NCBI GenBank assembly: GCA_964658305.1
Contig: OZ210885.1
Location: 16,058,001 to 16,122,000, forward strand
Source of the DNA: Leptogorgia sarmentosa
Lineage: Eukaryota
DNA length: 64,000 nucleotides
Direction of reading: 5' to 3'
Under the pieces are notes generated by a model. That model had not been told where the DNA came from. It saw only the letters and a list, made by a program, of their open reading frames with translations, and did no database searches. Within the stretch, counting starts at the first letter, position 1, and every line of letters begins with the position of its first letter. Positions 1 through 12,000 of this stretch are shown in pieces. The position numbers were made by a program, and so were the translations under genes.

Positions 1-889
1 ACACCAACGCTTGCATCAGGGCAAAAATTGAATGGCTCAGTGATGTGTTGCATTTTCAGAGATAATAAGCCTGTATATGTGAGACCATCTATGCAGATTG
101 TGAAAGAACATGTAATATGTTGTGGCTGATAGTGATGTATATGAAGATGATATTTCCAATTTGTCAGAAAGTCACTATGAATGTTGTATATATCTAAGTG
201 GCTTACAACGATCCTCATGAAAGTAATAGAACAAAGAGGTCATGTTAGATAAAATTTTAATTGTAAACAGAAATTATTTATCCAACATGGCAGCAGACTG
301 TTGTTTTTAAAAATCAACAACTTTTTTATATATCAAAAAATATTTTAATAAGTAACCTTAATAATGGCAATAAATTTTTCAATGGCTATGAATATAATGA
401 TGATTTTTTGGATAGTTTCATGTGTGACCCATGTCATTAATTCCAGAAATATATAGCCTAGCAGCTAGAATATAATATGTCATCCACCTATGATGGCCAC
501 CATAGCTTAATTGGCTGAATTGTGACTTGTAATAAAATTTGCATTTGAGGTCCCAAGACTTGCAGAATAGCTATCACAATGGTAAAGTTGAATAAAATAA
601 TGCTTTTTTGTTGCATTACCTGAACTAGAAATATGTGCTTTAAAATGTTTAATTATAGAATCAAATCCAGGCAGCAACACTGCAATTGATGAGGGTGAGG
701 TCAATGATCACCATGATGGTAATTATGTTTGTCTGTTTTTTAACACAGATGATAAAATCAAAGTTGTGGTGGGATTTAAACTCTCACTTTTGTTCATTAA
801 AATGAGATTATAAATGAAATCAGCTTTTCATATCGTTGAGGATGATAGAACCAATTTGAAACACTGCGTTGTCCTCCAAGACAAGCTTT

Positions 890-1020
890 AACGACTTAGA
901 CAGATAGATAGTCTAGATTCTAGAAACCCGAAGCTGGGAGTTCAAATCCCGCTTGAGCCAACAAATTTTTCGTTAGTATTTGCAGTACCAGAAATTAAAT
1001 TAGATTTTAAACTAGTGCGA
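890..1020 (+). mobile_element. Possible tRNA-derived SINE head
   Basis: B-box-like GAGTTCAAATCCC at ~938-950 followed by a T-run. No clear cloverleaf. Confidence 0.3.
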
Positions 1021-1174
1021 TTTTTTTTTGTTCTGTTTAACCAGCTGTTATCCATACTCATGATGTGGAGGAGGATTTTCCGCAGATTTTGCAGCATGAA
1101 TGGCAGCTAGAGCCTCAACGTGAATGTGACATTCTGGCAAAATGTCAAAAAACGAAAAAAACGACTTTCAACTT

Positions 1175-2498
1175 TGACAAAAAACGACTGATCCGAGGAT
1201 GATAAAATGGAGGCTGTAAAAAGTTGCACATAGAAAATGCACCAAACCCACAAAATCGCGAAGATAGATCTCACTATGGTACCCTTTGCATTTCGGATAC
1301 CCGTGAACAAACGCCGTGAAAGTTTTGAAACGCCGTGTTTCCTTGCCGAAAGAAAAAGGTCAGAGGAAGTTTCACCTTTCTCAGCCCACTGTTCCCTGCC
1401 CCGAATGTGTGCACCTTCTGCTGCGTAGTGGTGCTCAAGCTCCAATTTCTCTTGTTCCTTTATTAGATGAGCCACATCATCACCATTAGCAACCCGTTGA
1501 TGAAGATGTTCGAGGGTGGATTCCAAATCGTGCATGTTTGACCGCCTTGATCGAGCTTTGCCTCGAGAAAAACGACGGATGATTTCTTTCAAGCAAGCCT
1601 TGCCCCGCGTCCCACCAAATGGCCAGAGACGAAAAAGTATCTTTCTCGGACTGCCACGAGACCCAGAAGTTACGGACCTCCATGCACAGTGTGTCATTGC
1701 GCAGCAAGGATGTGTTGAGTTTCCATACCCCAGGACCTCGTTCCGGTAGTGTTGGAAAGGCCACAATGAGCAATACATAAGAATGGTCCGAGCGAAAAAA
1801 GGGGAGAATGAATACCTCAGAGACGTGTTCGTGTAATGAAGACGAAATCCAAAACATGTCTTGTCGGGATGCCTGGGAGCCATTGGCCTGGTGCCACATA
1901 TAACTCCGCTTATCGGGATGAGTTAATCACCACATATTGACCAGATCGCACCAATCGGTGAGAGAAGATAGAGAAGCAGGCCAATTGTATGCCCAAGGAG
2001 AGTCAGAATTACAACCCGTCGGTCAACATGGGGGTCCACTACTACGTTAAAATCACCACACAGGATAGTGGGAAGAGAAAGATCAATTTTTGGATGAAGG
2101 GAGGGGAAAAAATCTTCACCAGCTTGCTTCTTATTTGGACCATATATGTTAGCAACCTGAATAAGAGACTCAAGGTCAATATGCTTCAATTGTGCTATGA
2201 GAGTGCGAGCGTCTGCATCTCTGTCATTGGCTCCATCCTAAAGCACGGTTTGTATAGTAATGCTACCCCAGCACTTTGTATAGTGCCCTTAGAAGAATTC
2301 GGACGCCACCCAGGAAGAAAATTCCTCTATGGAGCGATTATGTCGGGCTTGGCACAGTTCATCCAAGAAAAAACAGGTTCTTGGCACAGTTCGGCCAAGA
2401 CAGGACAGGACCACCAAACTGAACAGCACCACGGACCACGGAAAGGATTTCTTCTTTAGCATGAACAAGACTTCAGTGAGACCACCAACTGTCAGAGT
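1175..2498 (-). mobile_element. Tx1-clade non-LTR retrotransposon copy A (internally deleted, 3' truncated)
   Basis: APE endonuclease pieces (NIYGPN, ILCGDFN, FFRSDHS, PGVWKLN) closely similar to copy B. The 5' UTR start follows TAAGA at 2499-2503. ORF1 and RT are missing. Confidence 0.8.
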
Positions 2499-3031
2499 TC
2501 TTATTTTGAGTTGAACGACGATGGGCTTGTCGACTCCGACGGTGCAATGGAGCCCGGACCCAAACAAGTCGCCGCACTCAGGGGGGTCACTACAGGTGAC
2601 GCGGATCGACAGGGGTCATGAGCACCTCCCCTGTGCCATGATGCAACTGAACGATCCGGTGCTATCCACCTTCACGCCCAGGGATCCCTAACCTAATGGT
2701 GGTGAAATGGTCAGATGATGATGTTAAGCTAGACGATTACAACATGAGCAGCAACCCCTATATCAAAACCTGTGCCACCCGCTTGGAACAAGTCCAAGCG
2801 AACCACAGGGCAAAAATTGAAACAAACAAACTACCCAATCCGATACAGGCAGTACAACCAATAAAGGCGACCGCCAGATCTTCATGGGAGGACAATACAG
2901 ACCAACATTAAACATAAAGACAAATGTGCTGTCCAGTCCAAAACAACAGACAACTATACAAAGATAAACAAACTAGTCCAGAAGGCGACGACAGTACAAC
3001 CAGTAAAGGTGACCGTCGAGCCCCTAGACCA

Positions 3032-6000
3032 CTACATTAAACACAAAGAACGAAAAAAGGAGAAGAGGGAGGAAAAAGAGAAGGACTCAGGTGATAAAAT
3101 CCAGAAAGCAGAAAAGACGACGGGCATGTGGCTAGTGGGAGAGAACCCAAATAAAATAGTATTCACTGGCAGTGAGGGAGCATTCGGCCGGAATTTACAA
3201 AAAATTGACTGGAACCAGTCAAAGACCGATACGGAAAATGGGCAAGAGGTGAATAGATGTAGCAAATTCTCTTGCTCTCCACAAAAGCACAGCAGGTCGA
3301 CTCTCATCCCAAACCGAACCAAACGGTCAGTCGTGGGTAGGATGCCGTGGAAGGACAGCCAAGCAGTGTCTTGGACTGACCTCACAAAACGCCACAGACG
3401 AAGCGAGGCCCACACAGCTTGCCATGCGACATTAATACGCCATTCTCTAAACTTGTTCACAGAACGATGTTCAACGGCGGAAGAGTGCCGGAGTAGGGAG
3501 TACCCTGTACGAGCAGTCAGCTCGGAGAGAGGAAGTAGTTGTCCAGAAGGACGAGGGATGACCCATTCGCCCTGCTCGCTCCTACCCTTCAAGAGGACAC
3601 ATGCAGTGAACACGCCCCGATAACAGGGAGGGAGTTTTTTTATTAGGTACGCTGCCAGAGGATCACGAGCGAGTACTTGCGGTACTGACTGACCAAAAGT
3701 GCCAACAACAAGGTGAGCAAAAAGGGATGACCACGGGTGGCTTTGATGGAGAAAAAAACGACCGAGCCATACGGCACGAAGGGACAAAAGTTTATTATTA
3801 ATGTCGACAACATTCAGGCCCCCGTCACTAATGGGCTGAACGACTGATGTGCGAGCCATCCACTCTTTCTCTTTTTTCCCCAAACGAAGGGAAAGATGAT
3901 CTTGTTGACTTTAGCTACAACTACCTTTGGCATGTCGAAGGCCGTTGCCTGGTACCAAAATAGCGATAGACCGAGTGTGTTGACTATCAAAGCTCTACCC
4001 CGAAACGACAGTTGACGCTGTTTCCAAACACCCAACTGCCGCTCCAACCTTCCTACTAGGGTGTTCCAGTCAGCTCCCTCTACATTAGCTATACGGCAAC
4101 CCAGCACGGTCATGGACTCGCTTGACCAATTCAACTGGATTGGTAGATTGGTCCGGCCCTTCCAGGACCTGAAAAGAAGACCATTGCTTTTATTGATGTT
4201 GAGCTTCGCACCGGAAGCCAGCTCATACCGTGCAAAAAGAGAAAAGAGTGACCGGAGGGCTTGCTCCGAATGGACGATGATGGATGTATCATCCGCGTAC
4301 TGGAAGATTTTGATTGTCTCCCCGTTTGGCAACAGGAAGCCGTCGACATGTAAGTCTTTTTTGATGGCACACGAGATGGTTTCAGCCACAATGATGTAAA
4401 GTAAAGGAGAGAGAGGACACCCCTGACGAACTCCCCGAGTAACATTAAAAGCACCACTGGTAAAACCGTTTACTAAGACACAGGAAAATATATTGGTGTA
4501 TAGGAGCTTGACCCACCCACGAAAGGACAGACCAAAATTCATTTGCTCTAAGACACGTAGCATAAAACCCCAATCAACCCGGTCAAAAGCCTTTTCTTGA
4601 TCTAGAGATATGACTGCACCTCCAGTATTGTTATGATTACAAAGATTAACGATGTCCTGTAATGCTCGAACATTCAGGCCAGAAAAACGTCCAGGAACGC
4701 CGCGGGCTTGGGATTCGGAGGTAACTGATGATAAGACGGTTTTGAGGCAATTTGTAAGCACCTTGGACAAGATTTTATAGTCAGTGCATAAAAGAGAAAT
4801 TGGTCGCCAGTTTTTAACATCTAGTCTGTCATTTTTCTTATGTAGGAGGGAGATTCAACCAGTGCGCTGGAAAAAGGAAAGAGCACCTTGTGCCAGACAA
4901 TCATTGTAGACCGCTACTAAGTCGGGACCCAAGATGTCCCAAAAGGACTGATAAAATTCATAGGGTAACCCGTCCAGATCTGGAGATTTGTTGCGTTTGA
5001 AAGAGTTTAGCGCACGCTGGCATTCCTGTAGAGTCACCTCGCCTTCACAAAGCTGGGCTTCCTCTGCAGACAAGGATTGCTCTAAGCTATTTAAGAAAAA
5101 GGACTGATCTGGAGAAGATAGAATGGACGCAGAAAAAAGTTGCACATAAAAAATGCACCAAACTCGCAAGATCGCAGAAATAGATCTTACAATGGTGCCT
5201 TGTGCGTCTCGGATGCCGGTGAACAGGCGCCGCGATGCGTGCACCTTCTCTTGTCTAAAGAAAAAGGCAGAGGAAGTTTCACCTTCCTCAGCCCACTGTT
5301 GGTTGCCCCGAATACGTGCACCTTGGGCTACGTGGTGGTGTTCGAGCTCCAATTTATCCTGCACTTCCTTTATTAGGTGATTCACATCCTCACCGTCAGC
5401 AACTCGTTTATGAAGGTGTTCAAGCGTGGATTCTAAATCACGCATACTCAAGCGCCTCGAGCGAGCCTTGCCCCGAGAAAAATGACGAAGAATTTCCTTC
5501 AAACGAGCCTTGCCCGCATCCCACCAAATAGCTAAGGACGGAAAGGTATCTTTCTCAGATTGCCACGAGACCCAGAAGTTACAGACTTCCGTGCACAGAG
5601 TCTCTTCACGCAGCAAAGATGTATTGAATTTCCACACACCAGGACCACGTCGCGGTAAAGATGGAAAGGCCACGCGGAGGAAGACATAAGAGTGGTCTGA
5701 GCGGAAAAAAGGGAGAATGGTTACTTCTGAAACGTGTTCATGTAATAATGATGATATCCAGAACATGTCCAGTCGGGAAGCCTGGGACCTGTTGGCCCGG
5801 CGACACGTATAACCTCGCTCAGTTGGATGCGCCAAGTATCGACCAGATCGCACCTATCGGTCAGCGAAGAAAGGGAGGCAGGCCAGTTGTAAGCCCAAGG
5901 GGAGTCGGGGTTACAGCCCAGTCGGTCTATATGCGGATCAACTACCACATTGAAATCTCCGCACAAAAGAGTGGAAAAGGAAGGGTCAATCATCTGATGT

Positions 6001-6410
6001 AGAGATGAAAAAAAGTCCTCGCCAGCTTGTTTCTGATTTGGACCATGTATATTTACAACTTGAAAAGTGGACTCAAGGTCAACATGCTTTAAACACACGA
6101 CAATGACCCGGCCACTCGTGTCCCTGTTAATACTTTCCACCTGAAAACATGGCTTAAATAGAATCGCTACCCCCACACTACGAATAGTGCCCGGGGAAGA
6201 TTCAACACCGTATTGTTGTAAATTATTGTGCTCTAGGGTCTCTGTCTGTAGCCAGGAGAAAAACTCGTCTTCAGAACGACTATGCGTTTCATGAAGAGCT
6301 ATGATGTCAGGTTTGGCACAATTCAGCCAGGAAAAAAGAGTTTTACAATTAGGACCATTGCATAACCCTTGAACATTTAATGTGATTATGGTTACTTCTT
6401 GGTTAGCCAT
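3032..6410 (-). pseudogene. Tx1 ORF2 (APE endonuclease + reverse transcriptase), frameshifted
   Basis: TLNVQGL, GDFN, SDH, SLDQEKAFDRVDW, GVRQGCPLSPLLY, FQYADD and a C-terminal Cys/His motif (CFCGEQENLLHLFTSC), spread over four ORF-track frames. Confidence 0.9.
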
Positions 6411-6464
6411 AATAAATGTGTGAAAAAGATGTAACTATTATTATTCTATACAAACAAGGGGGAC

Positions 6465-7724
6465 TTAGAAGCTACCATCATCAGAAGTGACAGAGTCACT
6501 TGCAAAAAAGCGACGGAGAGCAAGAGTTTCTTCAAAAGCTTGATTTACTTCTGGTCTGAAAAGATTCGAGGGGCTAGCTACAGTAGAAGAGCTAGCACCA
6601 ACCGGGGCGAAAGGAGTTAGAAGGGAGTCCGATAATTCGTTTCCGATGTCTGAGAGCAAGCCATCAACAATTAAATCAATATCTGACATTCCCTCAATAG
6701 AAGGAATGCCAAACGTTAGAGAGGGGATATGTGGTCCCTCATCCTCCGGCAGGGGAACATTCTCAGGTAATGGTCTCTCGGAATGCTTAACCTCTGGTTG
6801 GATGGTCGTAGGGGGCTCTTCACGCGAAGATGCCTCTTCACTCTCCACGTGAGAATTCTTGCGGAGAGGAGAATGTGAACGGGCCTTGTCAGTTGACTTG
6901 GAAGTTCGATGGCGCTTAGGACGAGGCGGTGGGATAGGGGGGCGTTCTTTGGGCAGGGAACCACTTGCCTCTGGTGTCTGGGACTCACTAGCTCTAGATG
7001 GAGCAAGAGGCAAACCCGAAGAAAGGGCGCTGCCCAAACTTCCGGAGGTCGCGCCAGGCTCAGAGGTCACTGTGTCCAACAAATTGGCCATGGTCTCCCG
7101 AACCTGCTCGTTCTCTTGGCCCACCGTGGGCCGTACCTCACTACCAGGTGTTTCATGGCTAGCCTGTGTTGACCCCTCAACAGCAGGCCGGGATAGAGCG
7201 GGGCAAGCCGACCGATTGTGGCCTTCCTGTCCACACCCGAAACAAAGACATTTTTGGCCCTTATGATGCACGAAGCACCAGTGGCCGGCAATTCGCATGC
7301 GAAAAGGAATGGGTTGCTTTATTTCCATTAACACATGCCTGACCCCAGTATAAATGCGAGAATACACCTCGGATGTGATTTTGCGGATTTCACCGAAGTC
7401 ACTGAGGACTTTGGAGATCTCTTCATCCAGGACCCCGTAAGACAGGCGGGTAACATTAACCCAGGTGTATTTGGACACCGACGGGAATTTGACAGGGAGG
7501 CCCCGCACGGTTAAACTCGTATGTTCGGCAACCTCCATCTTCTGAGCTCCCTTGAAGGTGACGCGGAACCGACCAGGGGCCATCATCGCGACAGCCTCAA
7601 ACACAGAAATATAATCATCGACCTGCCCTCTGAACTCATCGATGACCTCCTTTACATTTACTCTGTGCGCCTCGATGCTGTCAGAAAGGATGACATCGCA
7701 GGTGCGATTGACGTGAGGAATCAT
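6465..7724 (-). CDS. Tx1 ORF1 nucleic-acid-binding protein (CCHC zinc knuckle, disordered C-terminus)
   Basis: Open ~420 aa frame with YTGVRHVLM and CFGCGQEGHNRSAC, directly upstream of ORF2. First ATG at 7724. Confidence 0.85.
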   Translation of the reverse strand: MIPHVNRTCDVILSDSIEAHRVNVKEVIDEFRGQVDDYISVFEAVAMMAPGRFRVTFKGAQKMEVAEHTSLTVRGLPVKFPSVSKYTWVNVTRLSYGVLDEEISKVLSDFGEIRKITSEVYSRIYTGVRHVLMEIKQPIPFRMRIAGHWCFVHHKGQKCLCFGCGQEGHNRSACPALSRPAVEGSTQASHETPGSEVRPTVGQENEQVRETMANLLDTVTSEPGATSGSLGSALSSGLPLAPSRASESQTPEASGSLPKERPPIPPPRPKRHRTSKSTDKARSHSPLRKNSHVESEEASSREEPPTTIQPEVKHSERPLPENVPLPEDEGPHIPSLTFGIPSIEGMSDIDLIVDGLLSDIGNELSDSLLTPFAPVGASSSTVASPSNLFRPEVNQAFEETLALRRFFASDSVTSDDGSF

Positions 7725-7816
7725 CCTCACCACACTATATTACTATACTTTATATTATATATATTTATACTATACTATATTATTATATTTATATATTTAT
7801 GATTTACTAAATTGCA

Positions 7817-8311
7817 TTCGAGAACCAAAGTCTCGAAAAAAAGGAAAGAGAAAAAAAGGAAAGAAGAAAAGGACAAATTTAACTTCGAGAACAAAAAGTC
7901 TCGAAAAAAGTATAACTAACTTCGAGAACCAAAGTCTCAAGAAAAAGGAAAGAAAAGAAAGACTTAACCTGATTCGAGAATGAAAGTCTTGAAAAACAAG
8001 TTAGCCAAATCCGAGAACCGAAGTCTCGAAAAGCAACCTAAATTAATTCGAGAACCAAGTCTCCACTACCAACTTGACTAACTCGAGAACCAAGTCTCGA
8101 AAAACAAATTAACCTAAGTCGAGAACCAAAGTCTCGAAAAACAACTTAACTTAACCGAGAACCAAGTCTCGATAACTAACTTAACTTAACCGAGAACCAA
8201 GTCTCGAAAACACACTTAACTTAACCGAGAACCAAGTCTCGATAGATAATTTAACTTAACCGAGAACCAAGTCTCGATAACTAACTTAACTTAACCGAGA
8301 ACCAAGTCTCA
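7817..8311. repeat. Array of ~13 palindromic CGAGA-ACCAAG-TCTCG units in the Tx1-B 5' UTR
   Basis: Units recur every ~35 bp (longer spacing near 7817-7970) with variable A/T-rich spacers. CGAGA and TCTCG are reverse complements. Confidence 0.9.
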
Positions 8312-8485
8312 AAGCATGAAAAAAGAAGGGAGGAACGAATCTCTCCAGAAAAGAAAGGAAAAAGGAGCCTGTCCTAGCAATTCCCCCTAGGGGGCCTCGC
8401 AGTCAAGCACAGCCACGCGGTGCACCACCAAGGCCGAAGCCAAGGAGGCCTGAGCCGACTGAAACGATCCAAAGGAATGGACTAG

Positions 8486-8672
8486 TCAGCACAGGGACGG
8501 ACACCACAGGAAGACAGCACAGGAACGGACTGGACAGCACAGGAACGGACTGGACAGCACAGGAACGGACAGCACAGGAAAGGACAGCACAGGAAGACAC
8601 CACAGCACAGCAACGGACTGGACAGCACAGGAACGGCCAAGGCAGGACAGGACCACCAGACTGAACAGCACC
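8486..8672. repeat. GACAGCACAGGAACGGACTG-type minisatellite in the Tx1-B 5' UTR
   Basis: Visible 12-20 bp tandem units. The same repeat occurs at 22843-22992. Confidence 0.85.
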
Positions 8673-8744
8673 ACGGATGACGGAAAGGATATCTTCTGCA
8701 GCAGGAACCAGACTTCGGTAGGAAGACCACCAACTTTCAGTATT

Positions 8745-8767
8745 TCTTAGCCAAAAGGCCGAGAAGC
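8745..8767 (-). pseudogene. U2: U2 snRNA 5' fragment (nt ~4-26)
   Basis: Minus strand GCTTCTCGGCCTTTTGGCTAAGA matches the conserved U2 5' end. It is preceded by a remnant of the upstream motif GCTAATGGCAGCGCGAAGGAGG. Confidence 0.85.
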
Positions 8768-9129
8768 CTTCCTCCTTCGCGCTGCCATTAGCGATCGATC
8801 TCTCAGCCTGCACCGTGTTTGCACGTTCCGACAATTCTCGACCATATTCAATAAGAGTTTAGGAAAAAATCATGAGAATGTAAATCTCATGAACAAAAAT
8901 CCTGTTTTCTTAGCGAGCGAGCAAGCCACACAAAACTACATTCAACACATGAATGCTAGGGCCCTGCTTACCATACAAGTATAATTCGTGGTCGGTCATC
9001 TGCACTGAATATGTCATTATATACATCTCCTGCCAAATGCCGTATCGCGATGATCTGTAAAGGCAAGAATAACTTGTTAGAATTTTGAACTGATAGTGAG
9101 AAATCTTCCCCCAATAATGAAATTGGGGG

Positions 9130-9282
9130 AAGTTGGCCGTACTCGGCGGTAGTGCAATACCAAGACAACCCGTGGCCAGGGCGAAGCAAACTTCAATCCC
9201 ATGGCCGAGGTCCAAAAATCAGTTTAATATATGAGTTAGGACATTGCCTAACACATCAGATATTAAGCTGATAAGAACAGAT
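9130..9282 (-). pseudogene. U2: U2 snRNA 3' portion (nt ~38 to end)
   Basis: ATCTGTTCTTATCAGCTTAATATCTGAT, Sm site GATTTTTGGA, and stem-loop IV CTTGGT-ATTGCACTACC-GCCGAG. Confidence 0.93.
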
Positions 9283-9576
9283 TGTAACAAATTTATTCAA
9301 AACAAGAATTAAATATTTACATTTCTAGATAATTACTATATAAGCAGGCTATAAACACAGCTGTTAAATTATACGTACAAAGTGAGAAATTGCTGATCTC
9401 ATTAGAGAAGGATGATCGACTGGATAGTGTTTGTATTGTATTTCATGTGATTGGAATGATTTAAGATATCACTTATGGTGTGATATACGTATTAACTAAG
9501 AAAGGACGACAAATAAATAGAATTTCTTTTACATGAGTTGATGATGATATAAGATTAGTATAATAATGATATTATA

Positions 9577-10849
9577 TTATATAATATTATATATGTGAGT
9601 TCCATTTAGTCTAAATTTTGATGGTCCATGTGGTGGTAGTTCTGCAGAACCACGAATCACATGCGAGCAGCAGAGTTTCCTGAAGAGGGACTTGTAGGAG
9701 TGGGACATTTGTAATTGGTTTAGGACCGCCTCGTTATTGAGATGCCATGAGCCGAGGGCACCAATTACAAAACCAAACATGTTGCATTTCATACCTTGTT
9801 GATGGAATAAGGTTTTGAGGTGATTATACTTGTTGACTTTGTTAAGGTTAGCGGTGGAGAGAGCGTCCTCACCATTGTCAAACGGGCACGTCACATCTAT
9901 AACAGTAACTTCATTGTCCTTGGAGATGACGATGTCAGGTCTGCATTCAGTGAATATCCATGAGGAACCATTGCTGAAGGCATCTTTAACCAGAGCACAA
10001 GCGACTTTTCCTTGGTCAGGAAGGGACATCAATTTGGCCGACGCGTTGTCTTGGATAAGATGATGGAAGAAAGCGGAGCAATTTTTGGCAAGGCAGGGGC
10101 CTTTGGAATTGGTGGAGATGGATGGTGCTTCGTTGTCGGGGACGTTGAAGGTGATGCCAAGTCTGCGACATGCTGTTCTAGCTCTAGTCCAGAGGGAGTG
10201 TGTTCGGTATCTAATGTGTGAAGGGTGGAATTTGCCACGTCTTGAGCAAGATAGAAATTCGCCAGTTAGGGAAGGAGATGGATCGGCTTGGGCAGCAAAC
10301 CTAACGGATTTGAGAAGTTCACCTTTGTCAACAGCACTGACGAATGGATCGGAGGACAATAGCATTTTCATAGCTTGAACAATTGTTTGGGCGTTGACTT
10401 CAAGAAGAGGACCTTGAAAACCAAGGCCACCAACTCGGGAAGAAGCAAAGATGATGTATGAGGTCGCTCTTAGGGGAAAGTTGCAGATGGATCTAACAGT
10501 TTCGATCAGTTTCTTCTTGTATTTGGTGAGTGATTGTTTTTGGGGCAAAGGGCAAAGGTTAGACATGGTAAACAAATGTTCTTATGCAGTCAAGTTTTTG
10601 CGATGGGGCCAGTAGTGAAGACTGGATTCCGTCAAGATCGATACAGAGATCATCAACCAACGATTCTAGGGACTGGACATCACAGAGGATGCCAATGGGA
10701 ACACCAAGATATCGATAGTGTTCATGTTCTTTCAGGCAGGGAATAGCTTTGTTTTGGACTCGGAGTTGGTTCAGTTCGATGTTGTTAGGGTACCTCTTGT
10801 TGTAAGTCATACTTAACGACGCGCACTTATCTTGACGGAAAGACAAACC
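9577..10849 (-). pseudogene. Utopia-like ORF C-terminal part (RT thumb + restriction-like endonuclease)
   Basis: ORFs 10559-10906 and 9577-10575. PD..D motif present; the zinc knuckle region appears deleted just before RPDIV. Confidence 0.82.
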
Positions 10850-12000
10850 AATTATTATTATTATTAATGGTATAAAATACACACAATGAATTGAATAACG
10901 GTGCACTTACAAAGATATGAAAATTACTACTACAATTTTTATACATAAAAATAATAAGTTTTTACGTTCTAATTTAAAAAATAATTACATTCTTACTAAA
11001 CTCATTAAGTATCGCACTTAAGTTTTGTCACTAGAATTGTTATATAAAGCAACTGTACTTGGAAAGAAACTACGACGGTATCTTTCGGTTCGGCATTTTA
11101 TTAATGTTAAGTTGTTCGAGTTTCTTAGTTGGTATTCATTGGAGCTGGCCCTGGTCAGGGGAACATATTTTGACAGTGGTCATTCCATTTGTATTTTTTC
11201 CAAAGTGTCAACACAAAGTTGTTCACGCCTTTCATCCAATCTGGAACACCCAAGTTGTATTAACGCCTCCTTATAAGAGTACCCCGGTAAAATAATCTTC
11301 AGCGCTCGTCTCTGCACTCGTTCAACCTCATTAGCAAGATACAAGGAAATGGAATGGTGCCATACCACACAGCAGTACTCTAGAACTGATCGTATTAGGG
11401 CAAAGTATATTATCAATAAGTCCTCCGCGGGAAAACCACCACGCCGTAATGTTCGGATGATGTAATTCATAGGCAAACTCTTTTAGGATACGGCAGGGGA
11501 TATTATCTGGGCCGTGAGCTTTGAAGGGTTTAAGAGCTTTGAAGGGTTTAAGAGGTTCTAAGAGCTTTCTAGCAACTTCGTATGGTTGGGATGGGTTCTT
11601 TGGCTGGAAGAAATGCCGGGAGTGCTGTTACGTCAAGTGGTGGAATGTCACTACTGACCGATGCATAGAATACATTCAAAGCTTTCACTAATTCTGATTG
11701 GTTCAGGGTTCTTCCATCATGCTCAAGCAAGAAAGAATGATTCTTTTCAGATTTGCCTGCCATTTTGTTCACGATTTTCCACCACATACGGCAGTCATCC
11801 TTCTTTAAATGTTTCACCTTTGTTTTGTAATACGATGTTTTCCTCACTTTGATTTCATGTTGGACCTTATATTTTAGTGTTTTCCACAAGGTTGTGTTTT
11901 GGCCATGAAACGCCTTTTGGCGATCTTTAATAAGTTGTTTAATTGCAGGTGTTATCCATCATTTATCCGTATAATGGCATGTTGACGTCTGTTGTGGAAA
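10850..12000 (-). mobile_element. Deleted CR1/L2-group LINE nested in the Utopia-like element
   Basis: IYFALIRSVLEYCCVVW...VERVQRRALKII RT C-terminus and a (TAA)n tail at 10850-10867. The host ORF resumes at GLSFRQDKC. Confidence 0.75.

Larger units (their letters stand above)
2504..8744 (-). mobile_element. Tx1-clade non-LTR retrotransposon copy B, near full length, inserted in U2 snRNA at nt 22-26
   Basis: The 5' end follows U2 GCTTCTCGGCCTTTTGGCTAAGA (8767-8745). The 3' end CTCAAAA is followed by TAAGA (2503-2499). Contains ORF1 and an EN-RT ORF2. Confidence 0.92.

Noticed and set aside
1..880. Protein-coding exon
   Set aside because: AT-rich, with only a 65-aa ORF lacking recognisable motifs.
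7817..8311. CRISPR array
   Set aside because: Spacers are short, low-complexity and related to each other. There are no cas genes and the context is a eukaryotic retrotransposon UTR.
8403..8834. Cys/Val-rich ORFs (also 22651-23151)
   Set aside because: Produced by the 5' UTR minisatellite; no domain signal.
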